From Mycoplasma sp. CAG:472 (GTDB lineage Bacteria > Bacillota_I > Bacilli_A > RF39 > UBA660): a DNA stretch of 64,000 nt. Below are positions 1 to 9,511 of the stretch, in pieces. Numbering within the stretch: the stretch's first letter is position 1; each line of letters opens with the position of its first letter. The translations under genes were made by a program, and so were the position numbers. The notes under the pieces were generated by a model. That model had not been told where the DNA came from and made no database searches. It saw nothing but the letters and a program-made list of their open reading frames with translations. The stretch is taken from positions 16,156 through 80,155 of the forward strand of contig FR899419.1 of NCBI GenBank assembly GCA_000437315.1, written 5' to 3'.

Positions 1-1596
1 AGGCTCTTTAGTATAATTTTCAATAACAAACTCTAAAACTTCTTTACTTATTTTAATTTCTGCTTTATATTCACTAAAAATATCCTTAATTAAATAATTT
101 TTAGCAATATCAATCTTTTGACTTGTTAAATAATTATCCATATTTATTATCTCTAACCTGTCAAGTAAAGTTGATGGAATATTATCTAAACTATTAGCGG
201 TTAATATAAACATTACTTTAGATAAATCAAATGGTTCCTCAATATAATTATCTATAAAATATTTATTTTGAGTACTATCAAGTATTTCAAGTAAAGTTGA
301 GGCAGGATCACCTTTATAATCTTTAACCATTTTATCAACTTCATCAATAAGAATAACAGGATTTTTTACTTTGCATTTAATTATACCTTGCATTATTTTT
401 CCAGCAGAAGCCCCAAGATAAGTTCTACGTGATCCAATAAGTTCAGTTGAATCATTTAAACCACCTACACTTATTTTAATAAACTCTCGATTTAATGCTT
501 TAGCAATTGAGTATGCACTTGAAGTTTTACCAACACCAGGTGCACCCAAAAGACATATTACCGGTGCAGATAACTGAGTATTTTTTGATAAAAAATATGC
601 ATATTCACAAATTCTTTCTTTAAGTTCTACGAGTCCATAATGAGTGGCATCAAGTTCATTTTTTATTTTTTTTATATCAGTATTTAATACTGTTTCACTA
701 TTCCAAGGTAAATTTAAAACAGTATCCAAATAGTTTTTAATAACAGCAGCTTCAGGACTAAATTCTGAACAAGTCGAATATTTATTAATTTCAATTAATA
801 GTTTATTATAAGTTTTTTCCTCCAAAGAAAGACTCGATAATTTCTCTTTTAGACTTGCTATTTCATTTTCTTTAGTTATACCGAGTTCACTATTAATTTC
901 CTTTAGTTTTTCTTTTAAAATATATTCTCTTTGACCATTTTCAATAGATTGAGTTAATTTTTCATCAAGCTCTCTATCAATATTTGTAACAAGTATTTCT
1001 TCATTTAAATCATTTATTAAATTTTCCGCTCTTGTAAGGGGATTAATAGTTTCCATATATGAAAGTTTTTTAGAAAAACTAAATGGTAAAAATGAAGTAA
1101 TTATATCAGTTATATCAGATAAACTTTTTCTTTCATCTAAAGTTTTTAATATAGAATTTGAAACATTTTTATTAAGTAAAATATAGTTTTTAGTAAGTTC
1201 AATTAGTTTTCGTTGAATAGCTGTTTCATTTGCTTTTGAAAATGATGGAAGTTCAATAACATTGAAACTACACTTCAAAACATTAGTATTTTTATTTTGA
1301 TAATATTTATTAATACTTACCCTTTCTTCTCCTTTTATAATAACTCTTAATTTATTATTTGGAAGTTCTACTTTACTTTTTACTTTAGCAACAACACCAA
1401 CTCTAGGAAGATCCTCTATTGAAGGTGAGGATTCTAAAGTATTAATCGGAGCAATAACTAAAACTTTATTAAGTTCATTTTTTGCACTTGCCCAAATTAC
1501 TTTTTTACTAAATTCATTATTTAAATCGATTTTAATTTCTTGATTAGGAAGAATAATGACTTCATTAAGTATAAGTACAGGTAGTAAATTATTCAT
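1..1596 (-). CDS. lon: Lon protease, N-terminal ~530 aa (C-terminus runs off the window start)
   Basis: Absent from the ORF track because it is truncated. My translation from the ATG at 1594-1596 (AGGGAGGA RBS just upstream) gives MNNLLPVLILNEVIILPNQ... (LON N-domain). It is followed by Walker A LLGAPGVGKTS (~520-545) and Walker B VILIDEVDK (~340-370). Confidence 0.85.
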   Translation of the reverse strand, partial: MNNLLPVLILNEVIILPNQEIKIDLNNEFSKKVIWASAKNELNKVLVIAPINTLESSPSIEDLPRVGVVAKVKSKVELPNNKLRVIIKGEERVSINKYYQNKNTNVLKCSFNVIELPSFSKANETAIQRKLIELTKNYILLNKNVSNSILKTLDERKSLSDITDIITSFLPFSFSKKLSYMETINPLTRAENLINDLNEEILVTNIDRELDEKLTQSIENGQREYILKEKLKEINSELGITKENEIASLKEKLSSLSLEEKTYNKLLIEINKYSTCSEFSPEAAVIKNYLDTVLNLPWNSETVLNTDIKKIKNELDATHYGLVELKERICEYAYFLSKNTQLSAPVICLLGAPGVGKTSSAYSIAKALNREFIKISVGGLNDSTELIGSRRTYLGASAGKIMQGIIKCKVKNPVILIDEVDKMVKDYKGDPASTLLEILDSTQNKYFIDNYIEEPFDLSKVMFILTANSLDNIPSTLLDRLEIINMDNYLTSQKIDIAKNYLIKDIFSEYKAEIKISKEVLEFVIENYTKEP

Positions 1597-1707
1597 ATTA
1601 TCCTCCCTTCAAAGTTACCATTTATTATAAAGGGCAAAGTTATCTTTGTAAATACAAATTACACTTTCTTGACACTTTTTTGCTTAAGTTTTTTTGAATT
1701 ATCATGT

Positions 1708-2559
1708 TTAAGTAAATTTGCCTTCATTACTTTTGAAAAATTCATAATAAGTTCTTACTGACGGAATATCTTCATACTTTACTGGTACAAAATCTTTTTT
1801 ATCTAAATCATAGATTACTGCTTCATTCAAATTAAGTAAAAAAGGGCTATGTGTTGATATTATAAATTGACAGTTAAAAAATCTTACACTTTCTTCTATA
1901 AATGTCTTTAGTTTTAAGGTATTTTCTGCTGATAAACTATTTTCAGGTTCATCTAAAATATATATACCATTTTCTTTAATCTCTTTTTCCCAAAACATAA
2001 GGGAGGACTCCCCATTAGATTGCAAAGAAATAGTATTATTCATTAAATTACCTCTAATAAATTTGGACATAGTTGCAGTTTTAGTTTCATAATTTTTTCG
2101 AATCTCATCATAATCAAAAATTGAAATATCCTTACTATTATATTTATTATCTAAATAGTATCTAGCAAGTTCATCTTTTCTACGATTAACGTGAGAATTA
2201 ATACTTCTTAAATCAAGTAAATAATCAAATATATCATCACTTGTAATTGTAACAATTTCTTCAGGAATTTTATTCATCTCATATCTCATAACATCCATAT
2301 AATTTTTAAATAATGTTCCTTTATCATAATTAGTCTTTTTTACTGAATTAAGCTTACTAGAAATAAGATTTAATAAAGTCGATTTACCACAGCCATTACT
2401 TCCACAAAAAAGTGTAATAGAACCAAATTTAATATTTTTAATATTTTTCATGTGTGAAAAAATACCAAAGGGATAATAACTATTATATATTTTTCTTTCA
2501 TCCATAGCTAACCCTTCTTCATCATTTTCTAATAATCTAATGCTTTCTAAATAAACCAT
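1708..2559 (-). CDS. Stand-alone ABC/AAA-type ATPase (AAA_21/OLD-like ATPase core)
   Basis: Walker A GSNGCGKST, Walker B ILDEPENSLS, H-loop STHSP. I moved the start to MVYLES (ATG 2557-2559) because AAAGGAGGAAAA lies directly upstream; the track start at 2580 reads through that RBS. Confidence 0.7.
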   Translation of the reverse strand: MVYLESIRLLENDEEGLAMDERKIYNSYYPFGIFSHMKNIKNIKFGSITLFCGSNGCGKSTLLNLISSKLNSVKKTNYDKGTLFKNYMDVMRYEMNKIPEEIVTITSDDIFDYLLDLRSINSHVNRRKDELARYYLDNKYNSKDISIFDYDEIRKNYETKTATMSKFIRGNLMNNTISLQSNGESSLMFWEKEIKENGIYILDEPENSLSAENTLKLKTFIEESVRFFNCQFIISTHSPFLLNLNEAVIYDLDKKDFVPVKYEDIPSVRTYYEFFKSNEGKFT

Positions 2560-2729
2560 TTTTCCTCCTTTTAATTTCATTTTTTTAATTGATATTCATT
2601 AATTTTTTTGCAATATATTCATACAACTTCTTTTTTATATCGAACATATATTTGCTGTCAGTATATTTAAACTATACTCTAAAAAAATATAGTTGTCAAT
2701 ACTTTTATCGTATTTTTGTTCGTTTACTA

Positions 2730-2762
2730 AAATATAAAAAAATGTAAGTATTTTTACCTACA
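2730..2762 (-). terminator. Rho-independent terminator after der
   Basis: Minus-strand hairpin TGTAGGT-AAAAAT-ACTTACA immediately after the stop codon, followed by TTTTTTTATATTTT. Confidence 0.6.
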
Positions 2763-4064
2763 TTAATCATTTTTATTTTTAAATTCTAATATAATTGGTG
2801 TTCCATCAAGTTCAAAAGTTTTTCTAATTTGATTTTCTAAATATCTTTCATAAGAAAAATGTACTAACTTTTTATTATTAACTTCAAAAGTAAATTTTGG
2901 AGGTTTAATACTTGTTTCAGAAACAAAATATATTTTTAGTCTTTTACCTTTATATGAGGGTGGATTATGCATTTGAACACTTTCAATTATACAATCATTA
3001 AGCATACTTGTTGCTATTACTCTATTATGTGATTCATAAGCATTAATTATTTCTGGCATTAATGTTCCAAGTCTTTTGGATGTTTTAGCGGAAACAAATA
3101 CTACTTTTGCATAAGATAAAAATTTAAATTCATTTTCCATTAAAAGTTTCCATTTTTTAAGTTCTTCCTCAGGGTTTTCCACGGTATCCCATTTATTTAC
3201 GCATATTACAATAGCTTTACCAGCATCAGTAATATAGGAAGCAATATGCTTATCATGCTCTATAATACCCTCTTTTGCATCAATTACAAGAACACATACA
3301 TCGCTTCGATCAATTGCTTTTAAAGAACGGATATAAGAATACTTTTCAATTTGTTCATAAATTTTACCTTTTTTTCGCATACCTGCTGTATCAATAACAA
3401 CATATTCATTACCGTTATATTTAAATGTACTATCAACAGCATCTCTTGTTGTTCCCGCAATATCAGATACAATTAATCTGTCTTCTTTCAAAAGAGCATT
3501 TACTAAGGAACTTTTACCAACATTTGGTCTTCCAACAAAACAAAATTTAACTCTATTATCTTCTTTTTCTTTACCTTCACTAATATTTGCCTCTAAATAA
3601 GAATTTAATTTATCAAAACCAATATTATGCTCTGCAGAAATTGCAATCATATCCTCAAAACCTAATTCATAAAAATTATATAAATTATTTTGTCTTTCTT
3701 TATTATCTGCTTTATTTACTAAAACTAATACTTTTTTATTAGATTTATGAAGCATACTTGCAACCATTTTATCTTCAGTAGATATTTCACAAGTGGCATC
3801 TACGATAAAAAGAATTAAATCAGCTTCATCAATTGCAAGTGTTGCCTGAGCTAAAATATCTTTATTAAAGTCTCCATTTTCTAAAGATAATCCCCCGGTA
3901 TCAATTAAATGAAAAGATTTATCCATTAAATGAACTACACCATAAATTCTATCTCTTGTAACACCAGGTGTATCCATTATAATTGATTTTTTTTCTTTTA
4001 TTAATCTATTAAAAATAGTACTTTTACCAACATTTGGTTTTCCTATTAAACATACAGTTTGCAT
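2763..4064 (-). CDS. der: Ribosome-associated GTPase Der/EngA (two tandem GTPase domains + KH-like C-terminus)
   Basis: Two G1 motifs, GKPNVGKST and GRPNVGKSS, each followed by DTGG/DTAG and NKxD (NKAD, NKWD). Length 433 aa is typical. Confidence 0.95.
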   Translation of the reverse strand: MQTVCLIGKPNVGKSTIFNRLIKEKKSIIMDTPGVTRDRIYGVVHLMDKSFHLIDTGGLSLENGDFNKDILAQATLAIDEADLILFIVDATCEISTEDKMVASMLHKSNKKVLVLVNKADNKERQNNLYNFYELGFEDMIAISAEHNIGFDKLNSYLEANISEGKEKEDNRVKFCFVGRPNVGKSSLVNALLKEDRLIVSDIAGTTRDAVDSTFKYNGNEYVVIDTAGMRKKGKIYEQIEKYSYIRSLKAIDRSDVCVLVIDAKEGIIEHDKHIASYITDAGKAIVICVNKWDTVENPEEELKKWKLLMENEFKFLSYAKVVFVSAKTSKRLGTLMPEIINAYESHNRVIATSMLNDCIIESVQMHNPPSYKGKRLKIYFVSETSIKPPKFTFEVNNKKLVHFSYERYLENQIRKTFELDGTPIILEFKNKND

Positions 4065-4127
4065 AATTTCCTCCTTTTTATCAAATTATTATATCAAAAA
4101 TATTTATAATAACAAGCATAAAGATAA

Positions 4128-4688
4128 TTAACAATAAAGATCCTTATTGTATTTATCAAAAGTATCAGTTTCTTTTATTAAATTTTTATTATTAGTATTT
4201 TTTTCTATACAAGCATAAACTCTATTATTATTAGTAAATATTTTAATAGATATCTCATTAACAATTAAACTATCCACATTATTAGTAACTATATTTTTAC
4301 AAAACTCTCCATCTTTATAACCATATTGAGAAGTTTTACTATTAGAGCATTTTGTATAATTATAAAGGTTTGGATTAACAGCTTCTTCAGATTCATAATA
4401 ATCATTTGCTATTAAGTTGCCAATTGTTAATTTGGCCCCTTTTACAGTTTTTTCTACAGTTTCATCCCCATCTTTAACGCTAATTGTTATGTTAAGTGTA
4501 AGTTCTTCTTTATTATCTTCACCCCATTTTTCAGCGGATGATATGGCACTATTTAATTTTTCCTCGAATAGTTTTTTATCCATTTGTTTTCTTACACCTG
4601 TTATACTAGTAACACCAACTAAAGCAATAATAGATATAATAACTATTACTGCCATAAGTTCTACTAAAGTAAATCCTTTTTTATTCAT
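4128..4688 (-). CDS. Type IV pilin/pseudopilin-like protein (prepilin N-terminal cleavage/methylation motif)
   Basis: N-terminus MNKKGFTLVELMAVIVIISIIALVG matches the G/FTLxE prepilin signature plus a hydrophobic helix. No pilus assembly genes are adjacent. Confidence 0.75.
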   Translation of the reverse strand: MNKKGFTLVELMAVIVIISIIALVGVTSITGVRKQMDKKLFEEKLNSAISSAEKWGEDNKEELTLNITISVKDGDETVEKTVKGAKLTIGNLIANDYYESEEAVNPNLYNYTKCSNSKTSQYGYKDGEFCKNIVTNNVDSLIVNEISIKIFTNNNRVYACIEKNTNNKNLIKETDTFDKYNKDLYC

Positions 4689-4703
4689 ATCTTATTTTCT
4701 CCT

Positions 4704-5285
4704 TTATAAATAACTTTCTATTATTTTAAGTACATCTTCTCTACCTTTTTTTGTAATTGTAGAAAAAGGTATAAACATTTCATCATCACCTAGTTTTAAT
4801 GCACTTTTAATTAATTTATCTTGTTTAATACGACCATTTTTCTTAATCTTATCATATTTAGTAGCAACAATAGTAATATTTAAATTATAATACTTTAAAT
4901 AATTATACATTAATATATCATCCTCAGTGGGTTTATGACGATAATCCACAAGTAAAAATACACGCTGAAGATTACTTCTATTTTTAATATAATCCTCAAT
5001 CATAAGACCAAACTTTTTTTGTTTTTCTTTTGATACATTAGCATAACCATAACCAGGTACGTCTACTAAATAAAATGTATCATTTACTAAATAAAAATTA
5101 AGAGTTTGGGTTTTTCCAGGCTTCGAAGATGTATGTGCAAAATTTTTCCTTTCTACTAAAGTATTAATAAAACTTGACTTCCCTACATTACTTCTTCCCA
5201 CTAGTAAAAATTCTTTTTTATTATCATTTGGATACTGAGATACCCTAACAGCTATATTAGGTTCTTTTACAGATATTATATCCAT
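4704..5285 (-). CDS. engB: Ribosome biogenesis GTPase YsxC/EngB
   Basis: GRSNVGKSS G1 motif, DVPGYGYA G3 motif, TKYDK G4 motif. Start moved to MDIISVKE (ATG 5283-5285) behind GGTGGTGA; the track start at 5342 adds 19 unlikely residues. Confidence 0.9.
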   Translation of the reverse strand: MDIISVKEPNIAVRVSQYPNDNKKEFLLVGRSNVGKSSFINTLVERKNFAHTSSKPGKTQTLNFYLVNDTFYLVDVPGYGYANVSKEKQKKFGLMIEDYIKNRSNLQRVFLLVDYRHKPTEDDILMYNYLKYYNLNITIVATKYDKIKKNGRIKQDKLIKSALKLGDDEMFIPFSTITKKGREDVLKIIESYL

Positions 5286-5425
5286 TTTACTATCACCACC
5301 ATTTAAATTATAAAGGAAAATACTAAAAAAAGCAATATTCACAAATTGCCGAATGAAATTTCTACAAATTGCTAAATTGCATTGGAAACTATAAAAAATC
5401 TAAGTTTTTTTAGTCTAAACTTTTT

Positions 5426-6286
5426 TTATTTGGAACTAATTTTTAAAATAAGTTTATCAAAATATAAAGAAGTAAATGATAATATTAAACTTATTAAATA
5501 AACCCCTAAATTAATATCTATAAAACTAAAACAAAAAGATATTAATCCTAAAATAAAACCATATAAATAACAACCACCTTTTGTATAGGGAGTAAATATA
5601 CTGATTGTATTTAAAAATATAAATGAAAAAACTAAATTATTATTTAACAAAAGATTATAATCAAACTTTTTAAATAATACAAAACTAATTATTAGTAAAA
5701 TATAATACACCGTTAAAGAAGTTACTACAATATGTTTTTTATATGAAAAATCACATATTAAATATATAAAAACTAAAATACTATAAATAAATAATGTATT
5801 TGAAATTCCCCCAGAACCATTACCAAATAAATAATTAGTTATACTATAACTATGATTTACACTTTCTTCATAAACATTTAAAAATGAATACTTAGAAAAT
5901 ATCATAGAAACTATAATTAGTAATAAAATAGTAATTAAACTTATATTAATCTTTTTAAATGTATATAATATATTAACTAAAAATAAAATAATTAAATAAA
6001 TAAATATATTTGTATTAGGTAATACTATTAAACTACTTAATATATTTAAGTATAATCTATACGAAATAAAATCTTCTTTTTTATATTTTGCAAATAAATA
6101 ACTTATTAAAATAGCAATAATAGTTAAAATAAGTGGTTTAAACATATAAAATATATTAACATATTCACCTTTATATAATAATATTCCATTCTTATAAAAA
6201 CCATATATTAAAAAAGGTATTAAAAGTAAAATATATTTTACTAATATTTTATTTTCATTATTTTTAGATTTTAAATAAACATTCAT
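5426..6286 (-). CDS. Polytopic membrane protein, possibly RnfD/NqrB-like
   Basis: About 8 hydrophobic segments. GNGSGGISNTLFIYSILVFIYL resembles the RnfD G..G.IGETS segment. Overlaps the upstream RnfC-like gene by 4 nt. Confidence 0.4.
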   Translation of the reverse strand: MNVYLKSKNNENKILVKYILLLIPFLIYGFYKNGILLYKGEYVNIFYMFKPLILTIIAILISYLFAKYKKEDFISYRLYLNILSSLIVLPNTNIFIYLIILFLVNILYTFKKINISLITILLLIIVSMIFSKYSFLNVYEESVNHSYSITNYLFGNGSGGISNTLFIYSILVFIYLICDFSYKKHIVVTSLTVYYILLIISFVLFKKFDYNLLLNNNLVFSFIFLNTISIFTPYTKGGCYLYGFILGLISFCFSFIDINLGVYLISLILSFTSLYFDKLILKISSK

Positions 6287-7428
6287 TTTTGACCTCTTAA
6301 ATATTTTCTTAAATTAATTTTACATGGACAAATATATGTACATAGTCCACAGTCAATACAATTTTTACTTTTTTTACCAGTATCCATAACATTTTTAGGA
6401 TTTACCTTTACAGGACATATTTTATAGCACATTCCACACAAATTACATGGTTTTTCTTCTTCATTAAATTTAGGTATAATTATAACTCCTTTCATATTAC
6501 TTGTAACTATACATTTTTTATAATCAACTTCATATCCAGTCATTAAACCATTATAAATACATAAATAATTCTCTTTTATATTAATATTTAAACTATTAAA
6601 TACATCACTAAGAAGTGTTCCTATTTTAACATTTATTACATAACTTTTAGGTAAAAAAGGACTAGCAATCGTAATAAAAGTTGTATCAATATCACAAAGA
6701 TATACAACACTATTATAAATACTAAGCAAATCTTGAGCACTTATAACTAAACTATTATCTTTTAAATTCATATTCTCAAGTAAAAAGAAATCACTTCCAA
6801 GTAAATATTTATCTTCGATTAAACTTAAATTTATATTTGTATAAGTTCCTATCTTACTTAAAAATAAATTAATATTTTCTGTATCATTACTTTTAATTGC
6901 AATATAAGCATTTTTTATATCAAAAGCATTAATTAATTTATCTGTTATTTTAAGTATATCACTTGCATATTTATTTAATACAAATGGATTATTTTCAAAA
7001 TATGGTTCATCCTCCATACCATTTATAACTAAATTTTCTATATTTAATTTTTTTAATTTATCAGCATATTTATCTAAATTATGTATAAATAAATTATTGA
7101 TTATATCCTCAGAGGAAATATTTTTAATTATATTTTTTACTTCTTTACTATCTTCTTCATAATTATTTTCTATAACGATACATTCTTTTTCTACTCCATC
7201 ACATATAAGTTTACTTGTACCAATTACTTTTCCAGATATACTACTTTTAATTTTTTTAAGTTTGTTTTCTAAAATTGCTTCGCCCATCAAGACTTTAGAA
7301 TTTTGTTTTTTTAATAAGTCAAAACCATTTTCAATTGGTATATAAATATGTTCAGGTGATAAAAAAGAATGAATTTTACTATCAAATTTTATATCATATA
7401 TTTTATCTAATTTAATTAACTTTCTCAT
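6283..7428 (-). CDS. RnfC-like protein with C-terminal 2x[4Fe-4S] ferredoxin motifs
   Basis: CNLCGMCYKICP and CIDCGLCTYICPC cysteine clusters. VINGMEDEPYFENNPF resembles the RnfC/PduS NgaECEP segment. Confidence 0.6.
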   Translation of the reverse strand: MRKLIKLDKIYDIKFDSKIHSFLSPEHIYIPIENGFDLLKKQNSKVLMGEAILENKLKKIKSSISGKVIGTSKLICDGVEKECIVIENNYEEDSKEVKNIIKNISSEDIINNLFIHNLDKYADKLKKLNIENLVINGMEDEPYFENNPFVLNKYASDILKITDKLINAFDIKNAYIAIKSNDTENINLFLSKIGTYTNINLSLIEDKYLLGSDFFLLENMNLKDNSLVISAQDLLSIYNSVVYLCDIDTTFITIASPFLPKSYVINVKIGTLLSDVFNSLNINIKENYLCIYNGLMTGYEVDYKKCIVTSNMKGVIIIPKFNEEEKPCNLCGMCYKICPVKVNPKNVMDTGKKSKNCIDCGLCTYICPCKINLRKYLRGQK

Positions 7429-7463
7429 ATATTACCTCGTATATATATGATATCATAATCCAC

Positions 7464-7490
7464 AAAAAAACTCATTATTTTTTTAATGAG
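7464..7490 (-). terminator. Rho-independent terminator after the glycine-rich protein gene
   Basis: Minus strand CTCATTAAAAAAATAATGAG hairpin followed by TTTTTTT. Confidence 0.6.
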
Positions 7491-7492
7491 TT

Positions 7493-9421
7493 TTATGGAT
7501 TATAAACAATTCTTGCATAACCATTACCAGAATGACCTGTTTCAGTCCCACCGGTTGTACTAGGAAATGATGAACTTCCTGCAGTAGTTGATGCGTTTGT
7601 TAGGTAATATGACGATGTAAGTTTACAACCAGATGGATAGCTTGAGGCTGTTGACGAAGTATAAACATATCCTGAACCACCGCCACCGCCGTTTGACCAG
7701 CCTGCTGAAGCTCCAGCTCCACCGCCGAACCAGCCACCGCCGCCGCCGCCGCCATCATAATTTCCGTCACTTGCATTTCCACCTTTACCAAATGTACCTG
7801 TATTAGCTCCAGATGTGCCACTATATATTCCTTTAGCACCTCCAGCAGTTTGAGTTCCACCGCCGGCCTGAGTACCACAACTACTTTGACTTGCAGAACC
7901 ACCACCTGTTGTTCCTCCGCCAATTCCACCAGCAGCACAGCTATCTTGTCCTTTTCCACCACCGCCACCAGCAACAATTACTCTTGCATATAATGAATCA
8001 GTTCCTATTCTTATGTCAGAAGCACCTCCACCTGTTCCACCACCAGAACCAGTAGTACCACCACCATTAAATCCTCCAGTCGAACCTTTTGAACCTTGAC
8101 CACCTACATAAATATATAATTTCATATTTTCATTCAAATTAACTACTCCTGTTGAATAACCACCTTTTCCACCGGTATTTCCACCTTGAGCACCCCAAAC
8201 AGATAGAGTATGTTTTCCACGACACACTGTAGTAAAATTTTGAACTGCACCTGTGTAATCAAAACTTGTAACAGTTGCGGCTGCACAACCCATATCAAAC
8301 GATTTACTTGATGTTTTACCTGCGGCATCTTTTACGTGTACATAATAAGTACCATTTGCTGTAGTAGGATATGTTACACTTGCAGTTTTTCCAGAAACAG
8401 CAGTCCAACTTGTAGGTGTAGTTGAGGTTGTTGTAACTGCATAACCTGCTAAATTATTATCATCAGAAAGTGCAATTACAGCATTTTTAGTATAAGCATC
8501 AATATTTCCAACAGTTGGAGCAGCAGCATCAAGTGTTATAGTTATTGCTTCAGAAATAGCATTATTTCCTGCAGTATCTTTAACCCATAAATAATATGTT
8601 CCTTCAGTAGCATATTCAAAAGTTGTTGATTGACTTGTTCCACTAAAATAATACCAATCATCAGGTGCTATAGTGTTAGATGAACTAAGGCCATACATTG
8701 CAAGACCAATATTATCCGAAGCAGTAAATGTTACTGCTTTACCATCAACAGATAAATTACTTACCGTTGGGCCAACACTATCACTATTTTTATCAGCATA
8801 AACATTACATACTGATTTTTTAGTTGCAAGTACTACTATATTTCTTCCTTCAATGCTTACTGTTGCACCATTAGTACAACTTGTTTTACTTGTATTTATC
8901 GTATAATAATATCCTGTTTCATAAAGTGGTAACTGACCCATTTTATTATAATTATTATCATTAGTATTACCTACTTCATTTTGAACAAAAAGATTTACTT
9001 CATAATCATCAATATAACCATCTATAGCATCAAAATATACTTTACATTTTCCTTTTTTAGTCGCATCTACATAAAACTTTTGATTTTCATATTTAGTTAT
9101 TGTTATTCCTGTGCCACATACTGTCTTTGAACTTACATAATTATATGATGCACTACTTGGAACATAATATGATAATGAATAAGTATTTATTCCAACACCA
9201 TTTTCATTTTTATTTTCTCTATATACTTTTATTGATACATCTGCTGAATCTAAAGAAGCTATACCAGATATTATAAGTTTTCTACTTTTATTTTGATAAA
9301 ATGAATATGCTATTAAAGTAATACTAGAAACAATTGTTAATATTAAAATTATTAATATTGTAATACTTTTTGTTTTATTATCTTTAAAATAATTTTTAAT
9401 ATTTTTAAATATATTTTTCAT
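7493..9421 (-). CDS. Membrane-anchored surface protein: Ig-like repeats + C-terminal glycine-rich domain
   Basis: N-terminal TM segment (ITILIILILTIVSSITLIAY). Two repeats of the type ...YYLWVKDTAGN / YYVHVKDAAGK. C-terminal part reads HTLSVWGAQGGNTGGKGGYSTG...LYIYVGGQGS...GGFNGGG...ASDIRIG...RVIVAGGGGG, as in bacterial glycine-rich domain proteins (Gly_rich, ALK/LTK-type GRD pattern). This stretch is locally GC-rich. Confidence 0.7.
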   Translation of the reverse strand: MKNIFKNIKNYFKDNKTKSITILIILILTIVSSITLIAYSFYQNKSRKLIISGIASLDSADVSIKVYRENKNENGVGINTYSLSYYVPSSASYNYVSSKTVCGTGITITKYENQKFYVDATKKGKCKVYFDAIDGYIDDYEVNLFVQNEVGNTNDNNYNKMGQLPLYETGYYYTINTSKTSCTNGATVSIEGRNIVVLATKKSVCNVYADKNSDSVGPTVSNLSVDGKAVTFTASDNIGLAMYGLSSSNTIAPDDWYYFSGTSQSTTFEYATEGTYYLWVKDTAGNNAISEAITITLDAAAPTVGNIDAYTKNAVIALSDDNNLAGYAVTTTSTTPTSWTAVSGKTASVTYPTTANGTYYVHVKDAAGKTSSKSFDMGCAAATVTSFDYTGAVQNFTTVCRGKHTLSVWGAQGGNTGGKGGYSTGVVNLNENMKLYIYVGGQGSKGSTGGFNGGGTTGSGGGTGGGASDIRIGTDSLYARVIVAGGGGGKGQDSCAAGGIGGGTTGGGSASQSSCGTQAGGGTQTAGGAKGIYSGTSGANTGTFGKGGNASDGNYDGGGGGGGWFGGGAGASAGWSNGGGGGSGYVYTSSTASSYPSGCKLTSSYYLTNASTTAGSSSFPSTTGGTETGHSGNGYARIVYNP

Positions 9422-9511
9422 ATCTAACCTCTTATTATTTTACTCTAAAAATATAATATCATAATTTTTTATTTTGTACCATAGTTTTTCATAAAAAAAG
9501 AGCAAATGCTC

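Noticed and set aside
1708-2559. The stand-alone ABC/AAA_21-like ATPase as part of a Gabija/Septu/PARIS-type defence pair.
   Set aside because: No partner nuclease or second gene is adjacent; it is flanked by lon and der with terminator/promoter-sized gaps. It is reported only as an ATPase.
7600-8328. Track ORFs 7600-7977 (125 aa) and 8143-8328 (61 aa) on the minus strand.
   Set aside because: They are out-of-frame readings inside the 642-aa gene. The GGN-rich glycine domain leaves alternative frames free of stops, and the translations (VVV/AAA/QQ-rich) are compositional artefacts.
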